NCBI GenBank assembly: GCA_963827355.1
Contig: CAWHAS010000002.1
Location: forward strand, 63,493-127,492
Source: an uncultured Gemmatimonadaceae bacterium
GTDB lineage: Bacteria > Gemmatimonadota > Gemmatimonadetes > Gemmatimonadales > Gemmatimonadaceae
Direction of reading: 5' to 3'
Length of the DNA: 64,000 nt
Under the pieces are notes generated by a model, which was not told the DNA's origin, made no database searches, and saw nothing but the letters and a program-made list of their open reading frames with translations. Positions 54,580-64,000 of the stretch are shown piece after piece. A program made the translations under genes and the position numbers. Positions within the stretch are counted from its first letter, which is position 1; the number at the start of each line of letters is the position of its first letter.

Positions 54580-56871
54580 TTAGCTCGCGTCGAGCAGCTC
54601 GCGCACCCTCCGCGCCAGCTCGACCGTGCCGAATGGCTTCTGAAGATACGATGCCTCGCCAATGGGAACGCCGTTCCGGAGGACCATTCTCGTCGGTATA
54701 GCCCGAGATGAAGAGCACCTTGAGACGCGGCCGCAGCGCCGACGCGTAGACAGCGAGATCGGGGCCGCTCATTCTCCGGCATCACCACATTGGTGATCAG
54801 CAAATCGATCCGACTGTCCGACTGGTCGAATAGCGGCAGCGCGGCGTTGGCGTTGGGAAACGCGATTACAGTGTACCCGAAGTGCTTCAACGCTGCCTGC
54901 GCAGCGGCACGCACCGATTGCGAGTCCTCAACCAGCAGTATGGTTTCCGTGCCTGTCGGGACTCGCAACGGCATTGGCGCCGCGGGCATTTCGGGCAGTG
55001 CGTGGCGCAACGGGAAGTACGCCTTGAACGAGCTCCCCTTGCCGGGCGCACTGGACACCCAGATGAACCCCGCGTTCTGCGTCACGATTCCATGCACCGT
55101 CGCGAGCCCGAGACCAGTTCCCTTCCCGACCTCCTTCGTCGTGAAGAACGGCTCGAATATTCTCGCGCGTGTCGTCGCATCCATCCCCACGCCCGTATCC
55201 GAGATTGCCAGCATTCCATAGCTGCCGACAGGCATCGGCCAGTGATCCTCCAACTCCTCCTCGCTGAAAGTGGCCCGAGCCGTTTCCACGGTGAGCGTGC
55301 CGCCGACCGGCATTGCGTCGCGCGCGTTGATGCAGAGGTTCATTAACACCTGCTCGAGCTGACCCGGATCGATGAGCACCACCGTCGTTTGCTCCGCGAG
55401 ACTCGTCACTATCGCGAGGTCTTCTCCGATCACGCGGCGGAGCAACGGGATCGCTCGCTGCACGGCCGTCTCGAGCGCGACGAGACGAGGCTGGATTACC
55501 TGCTGTCTGCTGAACGCGAGGAGCTGGCGCGTCAGCGAGGCGGCGCTGTCCGTCGCTTTGCGCACCTCGCGCAGGTCGGCGGCGCGCGGATCGAGAGTAT
55601 CCAGCTCTGCGAGCAGGAGTTCCGTAAAGCCGGAGATGACAGTGAGGCTGTTGTTGAAATCGTGCGCCACTCCCCCAGCCAGCTCGCCGAGCGCCTCCAT
55701 TCTCTGAATCTGTCGAACGCGCTGCTCCAGTCTTCGCCGCTCAGTGATATCGCGGAGGGCTACGAATCGCGCCGGTCGACCGTCGAGCGTGAGGTTTTTT
55801 GCGGTCGCCTCGATGACGAGCTTGCGCCCCGACTTGTGCATACCGACGAACTCGTAGCTTCCCTCGACGGAGCCCGCTTCCCTCCCCTTGACCTCCTCGA
55901 GTGATTCATTTGCCACGAAGTCGGTGATGGGACGACGGATGGCATTCATCGAGCATCACTCCAAAGATGCGCTCGAACGCGCTGTTAGCATCATGGAGTA
56001 CACCATCCACCAACACGACGTTGGCGTGGAACGAGTTGTCGGCGAGCGTCCTGTAACGCGACTCGCTCTCTTGGAGAGCCGTTTTCGCCCGCTCGCGATC
56101 AGTGATGTCGAGAAAGGTCACTACGGCGCCCACGAGGACACCCTCGTTCCGAATGGGATATGCCCAGTACTCCGCGGGAAATTTGGTCCCATCCGCACGC
56201 CACAGCAGCTCGCCCGCCACATGAACGGCCTCCCCCGTGGCGGCAGCGCGATGGATGCCACAGTCGGCCTCCGGATAGGGCGTGCCGTCGGCACGGCTGT
56301 GGTGCACGAGCGCGTGCATTGGCTGTCCGACGAGCGCGTCTGCATCCGCGAAGCCCAGCATCCGCGCTGCCGTCGCGTTGCAGAACGTGCATTTTCCTTC
56401 CACATTGACGCCGTAGATTCCCTCAGCCGCCGAATCGAGTAGAAGTCGCATTTGGGCTTCGCCCCTTCGCAGACTCTCCTCTGTGCGATTGCGATGGGAG
56501 ACGTCGCGAGCAATCTCCGCCGCACCGATGACCGTGCCTCGAGCGTCGCGTATGGCCGAGATGGACACCGATGTCAGTATGCCTTCATCATCTTTGCGGA
56601 TGCGTTCGGCCTCGCGATGCTCCATGCGCTCTCCGCGGCCAATTCGCGCGAGAATGGATTTGAGCTCGGCGCGGCGCTCCGGCGGAACGATCAAGGTCAT
56701 CGAATGTCCGATCACTTCCTGCGCCGTGTAGCCGTACACTGACTCTGCTCCCCGGCTCCACGCCATGATCGTTCCGTCGAGTGTCATCGCGATAATCGCG
56801 TCGTCCGAAGCGTCGAGCAGCGCGGCAAGCAATCGGCGCGACCCAGTCGGATGCTGCTGTCTCTCATTCAT
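54580..56871 (-). CDS. Hybrid sensor kinase (3 PAS - HisKA - HATPase - receiver), frame broken at least 3 times
   Basis: PAS modules lie in ORF 55906..56871 (AIIAMTLDGTIMAWSRGAESVYGYTAQEVIG; GIYGVNVEGKCTFCNATAARMLGF). The H-box GGVAHDFNNSLTVISGF, the ATPase DTGVGMD..GTGLGLATV and the start of the receiver (ILLVEDSQSVR) lie in ORF 54438..55949. The receiver end lies in ORF 54560..54772. My translation ends ..YLQKPFGTVELARRVRELLDAS, with the stop at 54580-54582. Confidence 0.8.
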
Positions 56872-56932
56872 GTGCGCGCAGTCTAGGCGTAGCGCGCATC
56901 CGCACGAATTGGGGAAACCCGCAGGTGGGATC

Positions 56933-57595
56933 CTAGGGTAAACCCTGGCTTCCGGCGTTCACGAGTCCGACTCTGACGGCGAACCGCACGAGCCCGGCGA
57001 GGTCGCGAATTCCAAGACGGCTCATGATCGCGCCGCGATGCGCCTCGACCGTCTTGATGCTGACACCCAGGCGCGCTGCCGCCTTCTTGGTGGAGTAGCC
57101 TTCCGCGACCAACTTCAGTACCTCGCGCTGCCGGTAGGTGAGCAGGTCGAGCGGAGATCCAGCGAGATTCGAATTGTTCGGCTTCGCGAGCGCGGCAACG
57201 ACCGCCGCTGAGATCGCCGGGCTCAGATAGGTTTGTCCGCGCGCAACTTGCTGGAGCGCGTGCTCCAGCTCGGCCGTGTCGGCTCCCTTGAGCAAATATC
57301 CTGAGGCACCGGCAGCCAGTGCATCTCGGACGTACGCCTCGTCCGCATGCATGGAGACGACGAGAACGCGCGTCTCCGGGAAGCGCTTGGCAGCACGACG
57401 CACGGCTTCGGATCCGCTCATTCCCGGCATGTTGAGATCCATGATCACAGCGTCGGGGCGCTGCTCCTCGATGAGACGCAGCGCGCTCGCGCCATCGGAT
57501 GCCTCTCCAACCACGGCGATGTTCGGCATGGTCTCGAGGAGCAATCGCATTCCGGAGCGAACCAGATTGTGATCGTCAACGAGCAGGACGCGCAT
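56933..57595 (-). CDS. NarL/LuxR-family response regulator
   Basis: MRVLLVDDHNLVRSG.., IMDLNMPGMSG, and the LuxR HTH LTYRQREVLKLVAEGYSTKKAAARLGVSIKTVEAHR. ATG 57595 lies 1 nt after the kinase stop. Confidence 0.9.
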   Translation of the reverse strand: MRVLLVDDHNLVRSGMRLLLETMPNIAVVGEASDGASALRLIEEQRPDAVIMDLNMPGMSGSEAVRRAAKRFPETRVLVVSMHADEAYVRDALAAGASGYLLKGADTAELEHALQQVARGQTYLSPAISAAVVAALAKPNNSNLAGSPLDLLTYRQREVLKLVAEGYSTKKAAARLGVSIKTVEAHRGAIMSRLGIRDLAGLVRFAVRVGLVNAGSQGLP

Positions 57596-57596
57596 G

Positions 57597-58967
57597 TCAG
57601 GCCGCGATGGGAAAGCGAGCGCGGATCGTCGAGCCACGCCCGGTAGTCGAGGTCAGCGACAGTGTACCGCCGGCGAGTGTCGCCGTCTCTCGCATGTCAA
57701 GCAGTCCGAGACTGTCTCCAGCCTCGGCGCTCGCTTTCGCGGCGACTACGTCGAATCCCTGACCGTCGTCGGCCACCGACAATTCCACGTCGTGCGCTCC
57801 ACGCGTGAGCGTGATCGATACCCGGCGCGCGTTCGCATGCCGGGCGATGTTGGTGAGCGCCTGCTGAACAATGCGAAAGCCGGCTGTCTCGATCGATTCG
57901 GGAAGGCGTGCCGAGCCGAGTCCGTCTTCGACCGCTACCGCGAATCCCGCTCGCTCTGCGCTGCGCCTGGCATACCAGTCTACTGCGGCAGCCAATCCGA
58001 GGTCGTCCAACACTGAAGGGCGCAGCTCCACCGAGAGCGCGCGACGCGCTCGAGCGATTCGTCCACGAGCGAGATGCTGTCGCCCACGAGCGATGCGTCT
58101 TCACGGGGCGAAAACCTCTGCAAGTTGAGACGTAGCGCGGTAAGCATTGGCCAAGATCGTCGTGAAGGCGTCGTGCTATCCGTCGGCGTTCGTCCTCGCG
58201 TGCCGCCAGGATCCGCTGCGAGACAAGTGCCTGCGCTACGACGCCGATCGCTGCTCGCCGCGAAGAGGGCCACGGCGAGAATGGCGAGTGTGGAGAGCAC
58301 GACCACCCGCGCAGATCCGCTTGCGGCACGGTGTACCACCGCACCGATAGGCGCGTGTCCGGGCCGGGAAAGAAGCGAGCGGCCGACATCGCCGTGTAAT
58401 GCATGCCGGCGATGGCAACGCCCATGATCACGCCGCTCGCCAACAGAATCCGGCGGGATTGTCGAGGATCGTCTCGTCTGTGGCGGCGTCCGAGCCAAAG
58501 ACTGAGCAGCCCACACCCACTGGCGATGAGAATCGACGCGAACACCAGCGTCGCCGAATACTTCGTGACCGCCGCCATGCGCATTGCTGCCATGTCGATG
58601 TAGTGACCCGCTGATGCCCGCGCCAATCGCAAGCGCGCCAACGATCAGCCAGGCAGTGCGAATGGAGCGCCGCTGGGTGAGGAGCAATGCAAGCAGCGAA
58701 CCGGCGAACGCAACGACGTAGGAGAGCAGCATGAGGCCCAGCACGTATGCGACCGGCACCGGGAGAGTGAACGCCAGCATTCCCGTGAAGTGCATGCCCC
58801 AGATGCCGACAGCCTGCGCAAGTGCGCCGCCGAACATCGCAACCATAGCGAGGTCGTCCCTCCTGCGTGCCAACTCGAGCTCCCATCCGCAATGCCGTGA
58901 TCGAGCCAAAGACGGCGATTGCGCAGGATAGGACGACGAAGAAAGGATCGTATCTCACGGGTAGCAT
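57597..58967 (-). CDS. MHYT-domain sensor histidine kinase (HisKA_3 / NarX-DesK type), frame broken several times
   Basis: MHYT motifs GMHFTGM and GMHYTAM occur in TM helices (ORFs 57980..58909 and 57697..58641). The H-box is REDERRRIARRLHDDLGQ. The ATPase part (ORF 57597..58031) reads IVQQALTNIARHA..DDGQGF..GLLDMRE. The N-terminus MLPVRYDPFFVVLSCAIAVFGS begins at 58967. Confidence 0.7.
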
Positions 58968-59248
58968 GCTCGCACATCCGGCATATCGCGTGCACACCGG
59001 CGCCACGAGAGAGTAATCGGGATTCCGCGCAGCTGGCGGGGCGCCGGCTCCGTAACTCGATTACTTCGATAGAGTTCGCTCGGTTTGGTACTATCTCGCG
59101 ACTATAAACGAGTTCAGCTCGGACACTTTCCGAGAGACCTCCTGCCCCGCGCGTCGTTCGGAGAATGGTCGTTGTCGGTGGCGCGATCGCGCCCGAGGTG
59201 CGATTTTGCTGACGCGTGCGCGATCAGCGACAGCGATCGCGCGCCCTC

Positions 59249-59335
59249 GGGCAGGTGGCAGAGCGGTTGAATGCTCCGGTCTTGAAAACCGGTGGACCTT
59301 CACGGGTCCCGTGGGTTCGAATCCCACCCTGCCCG
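59249..59335 (+). tRNA. tRNA-Ser (anticodon TGA)
   Basis: GGGCAGGTGGCAGAGCGGTTGAATGCTCCGGTCTTGAAAACCGGTGGACCTTCACGGGTCCCGTGGGTTCGAATCCCACCCTGCCCG. Type II tRNA with a long variable arm and a CTTGAAA anticodon loop. Confidence 0.9.
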
Positions 59336-59438
59336 CTCGGTGACAACGCGGAAACACTGGCGTTGGTGCCGCCGTTATGCTGATACCGCAACGCCTCGCC
59401 GCTGACTATACTTTACGACCGGGCGCGAGCCTGATTCC

Positions 59439-59528
59439 GGGGAGGTGGCCGAGAGGCTGAAGGCGGCGGTTTGCTAAACCGTTATACGGTCAAAAGCCGT
59501 ATCGAGGGTTCGAATCCCTCCCTTCCCG
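59439..59528 (+). tRNA. tRNA-Ser (anticodon GCT)
   Basis: GGGGAGGTGGCCGAGAGGCTGAAGGCGGCGGTTTGCTAAACCGTTATACGGTCAAAAGCCGTATCGAGGGTTCGAATCCCTCCCTTCCCG. It has a long variable arm and a TTGCTAA anticodon loop. Confidence 0.88.
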
Positions 59529-59589
59529 TTGCAGGCAGTCACCCGTCGGCGGGCTCTTGTGTTTTCACGAGGCTGATACATTTTCGATC

Positions 59590-61058
<1,469 letters not shown>

Positions 61059-61097
61059 CGCGCCATAGCGTCGTACTCGCGACAGCGGAACGGAAGG

Positions 61098-61128
61098 CCG
61101 GGCATTCCCGCAGTTGGGAATCGCCCGG
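61098..61128. repeat. Imperfect inverted repeat upstream of lexA (candidate operator)
   Basis: CCGGGCATTCCC-N6-GGGAATCGCCCGG, located 26-56 nt upstream of the lexA ATG. Confidence 0.25.
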
Positions 61129-61153
61129 TGGTATTACCTGCACGGAGGAGAGC

Positions 61154-61806
61154 ATGCCGGACACGTCGAGCGCCGTCGAACAGAAGGTCTATCACTATCT
61201 GATAGACTTCCTCGCCGACAACACGTATCAGCCGAGCATCCGCGAGATCGCGAAGACAGTTCCAGATCAAGTCGACGAAGACGGTGTCGGACTTGCTGCA
61301 CGCGCTCGAGCGCAAGGGATACATCGAGCGCGATCAGTCGCGTTCGCGCGGCGTGCGGCTGCTCGGCTACGATCCGCGCGGCGCACGCAGCCGGTGCCCT
61401 TTTACGGGAAGCATCTCACGCCGGCGAGCCGATCGCTGCTCCCCGAACATCGTAAGGGATTCATCACCGTCGATCGTCGCTTCCTGCCGGGCGAGATGTG
61501 TTCTTGTTCAAGGTCGAGGGCGACAGCATGGTCGGCCGTGGCATCCTCGACGGCGACTATCGTGATGATTCAGCCCGATCGGCAGGCGAAGGAGGGGACA
61601 TCATCGCCGCGCGCCTCGGCGACGAGGCGACGGTCAAGACGCTCACGCATCGCGACGGACACGATCGTGCTCGAGCCGGCCAATCCCGAGGAACACGAGA
61701 TCGTCGTGGCGATGCCGACGACTTCGCGATGCTCGGCGTGGTGTGCGGCGTGTTTCGGCCGTTTCAGGAAGTGCAACAGCACGAGGAGCTCTCGCTGGCG
61801 GAGTAG
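61154..61806 (+). CDS. lexA: LexA repressor, frame broken several times
   Basis: GGAGGAG precedes ATG 61154. The N-terminal winged helix reads QKVYHYLIDFLADNTYQPSIREIAK .. VSDLLHALERKGYIERD. The S24 peptidase part reads FLFKVEGDSMVGRGILDGDY, VMIQPDRQAKEGDIIAARLGDEATVKTL, IVLEPANPEEHEIVV and MLGVVCGVFRPF. The blocks are spread over three frames (ORFs 60626..62032, 61284..61565, 61498..61806). Confidence 0.85.
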
Positions 61807-61809
61807 CCC

Positions 61810-62723
61810 TCAGGGAATCTGCGCGGGCTCCTGCGGCGGCGAGCGGCCGGTGGGGCTGCTGGTGTCGCCGACGGAGTGGCGTTCGGATCCTGAAGGGCCT
61901 GTTGCTCGGCCTGCTGCTGCGCCTCCTTCGCCGCGTGCTCCGCCTTTTGCTCGCGATCCTTCCGCTCGCGAATTCGCTTCACGGCGATCGCGAAATCGTC
62001 TTCGCTCCATCGCGCCCTGCGCGTGCAGGTAGATGTCGTCCTGAATCGCTGGCTTTCCTTCATCCGATCGTTCTGATATCGCGCCGTCGACTTCCCTGCA
62101 CGTTGAGCGGAAGCGCCGCGAGAATCGCCGACGGCAGCTTGAACTTGCCGAGATAGATCTACTGCGAATCGATGCCGTACTTCTCGCCGTTGCGCTCGAA
62201 CGTCCAGTCGCCGGGCTTCTTTCCGCTGTTGTAGAGCGCCATCGAATCGTCGTGCGCGAACACGCGCATTGAGATCGCGCTGTCGAGTCGCTCCGCCTGC
62301 GTTTTCGGCGCGTAGTAGATCGGTCCGGTGCGGCGCCCACACGCGCGGGTCGCCGTACGATGGTGACGACGCCGCTCGCCCCGGTCCCCCGCCGCCGACC
62401 ACCGGCCCGGTACCCGATGGCGGCTCGGTGCTCACGGGCGCGGGAGGCACAGTGGTCGGAATCGTCGTCGGCGCGACGAGCGGGCGCGAGCGAGTCTTAC
62501 CGCGCACGGGAACGTTGTCGCCGCCGCTCTGCCCCTTCGTGCTCGGCTGGGGCTGGCGCGGCGCACGTACGTGATGTGCTCGACCGTCGGCGGCTCTCCG
62601 TGCTGCATCGTGAGCCACTGCCGATCGGATATCGGAATTGATCAGGACGAGAATGAGCGCCGCGCCAACCACGATGTGGATGGCGATCGAGACGAGCAAT
62701 GACCCTGTCGAATCGGCGCTCAC
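61810..62723 (-). CDS. Membrane-anchored hypothetical protein, frame broken several times
   Basis: The N-terminal anchor is SLLVSIAIHIVVGAALILVLI (ORF 61764..62723). Collinear protein-like stretches appear in other frames, e.g. KKPGDWTFERNGEKYGIDS, IYLGKFKLPSAILAALPLN, DDFAIAVKRIRERKDREQKAEHAAKEAQQQAEQQALQDP. The tail is Pro/Ala-rich and ends at 61810. The function is unknown and the gene boundaries are uncertain. Confidence 0.35.
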
Positions 62724-62742
62724 GCGTCTTCATCAGACGTTC

Positions 62743-63928
62743 TCACTTGGCGGCCGCGAGCAGATCGTTCAGCACGCGGCCCGCGCGAACGCCGCTTCCG
62801 CGATGCGCTCCGGCGACGTGATGAACGAGATGCGGAAGAACCCTTCCCCTCCCGCGCCAAAGCCGATCCGGGCATCACCACGACTCCTTCCTCGTCGAGC
62901 AGACGCTCGGCGAACAGCGCGCTCGGCAGTCCGTCAGGAAGCGGCATCCAGAGATACATCGTCGCGCGTAGGTGCTCGCACGAAAAGCCGGCCTCGTTAA
63001 AGGCGGCCACTGCCGCATCGCGCCGCTCCTTAAAGATCTTCACGATTCCCGGCAACGAATGTCTCGTAGCCTCGAGCGCGGCAACGCCGGCCGCCTGCAC
63101 GGCCATGAACTGTCCCGTGTCGGTGAACGACTTCACCTTCGCCAGCGGCCCACGATCTCCGGACTGCCCACGGCCCATCCGCAGCGCCATCCGGTCATGT
63201 TGTACGTCTTCGACAGCGAGTGGAACTCGATCGCCACGTCGCGCGCTCCGTCGATCTCGAAAATGCTCGGCGGCACGTAGCCGTCGAACGCGAGCTCGGA
63301 GTACGCGTTGTCGTAGACGAGCAGAATGTCGTGCTCGCGGCAGCGCTTGACGATGCGCTCGAGATAGTCGCGCGGCGCGATCGCCGCCGTGGGATTGTTC
63401 GGATAGTTGAGATAAGAGACGCTGTGCGGCGCAGCGTCTCGCCAGGAACGTCGTCGAGCTCGACGAGAAAGTTCGTGCGCGGGCGCAGCGCGTACGGTAT
63501 GCAGCTCGCCGCTCCGAGAGCAGCGATCCGCCCTGGTACGCGTTGATAGCCGGGCTCGGGGATGAGCGCGATGTCGCCGGCCTCGAGGTACGCGAGCGCG
63601 AGATGCGAGATTCCCTCCTTCGAGCCGATGAGCGGCACGATCTCTTTGAGCGGATCGAATCTCAAGCCGAAGCGCTTGAGCATCCACGCGCGACACGGCC
63701 TCGCGAAACGCCACGAGCCCAAGCCCGAATCCATAGCGGCTCATCGCCGGCGTGCGCGCCGCCTTCTCGAGCGCGTCGACCGCCTTCGCGGGCGGCGCGA
63801 GATCGGCGTCGCCCGCGCCGAGATCGATCACGTCGACGCCTCTGGCGATCAGATCCCGCTTCTTCTGCGGCATCGAGGCGAGCGAGATAGTCGGGAAGCG
63901 ACTTGTAACGCGCGGTCGTGCGCGGCAT
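62743..63928 (-). CDS. dapL: LL-diaminopimelate aminotransferase-type class I PLP aminotransferase, frame broken several times
   Basis: MPRTTARYKSLPDYL.., DVIDLGAGDADLAPP, LIGSKEGISHLALAYLEAGDIALIPEPGY, LNYPNNPTAAIA, LLVYDNAYSELAFDG, EFHSLSKTYNMTGWRCGWAVG (PLP Lys), and KSFTDTGQFMAVQAAG. My translation of the end gives GEGFFRISFITSPERIAEA..LNDLLAAAK, with the stop at 62743-62745. The fragments lie in ORFs 63662..63928, 63133..63873, 63195..63734 and 62720..63190. Confidence 0.75.
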
Positions 63929-64000
63929 GAGTCTTTGGATTGAGTGAAGAGACGTCAGCCGGCGGCGACGGTGTTGGTGATGCGGCTCAGTCCGATCACC

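Noticed and set aside
63955-64000. Possible 3' end of another minus-strand gene (..VIGLSRITNTVAAG stop)
   Set aside because: Only 15 codons are visible, which is too little to support a feature.

Overview
This is a high-GC (roughly 65-70% by eye) bacterial chromosome segment. Its gene content resembles Gemmatimonadota or Acidobacteria, which is an inference from paralog families: a PadR regulator with a duplicated FtsX/MacB-type permease, Ser/Thr kinases with TPR, DUF2723, and Minf_1886-like proteins. Most of the window is housekeeping: eno-ftsB, plsC, thiL, nnr, glyA, a Leu-dehydrogenase/acyl-CoA dehydrogenase/hbd/thiolase block, thrS, valS, gmhB, purN, purH, gltX, lexA, a dapL-type aminotransferase and glgX. 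It also holds four tRNAs (elongator-type CAU, initiator fMet, Ser-UGA, Ser-GCU), an ECF sigma/anti-sigma/outer-membrane receptor cluster, a double-Rieske operon and a signalling island with CHASE3, PAS-hybrid and MHYT kinases. The clearest accessory feature is a ~5.7-kb integrative element (15032..20702) inserted in the tRNA-Met(CAU) gene. It is bounded by perfect 45-bp direct repeats. It carries a tyrosine integrase, an excisionase, a cI/XRE-like repressor, a small HUH rolling-circle Rep, a Cys4 zinc-ribbon protein, and a low-GC cargo operon with a protein bearing an Rx4H (HEPN-like) motif. Other items of interest are a stand-alone eRF1/Pelota-like (baeRF) protein, a perfect tandem repeat in front of glgX, and several gene remnants. 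Many genes, including essential ones, have broken reading frames, most densely at 59.6-63.9 kb. This is more likely indel error in the sequence than real decay. No rRNA or CRISPR array was seen. All family calls come from motif recognition by eye, and no searches were run.
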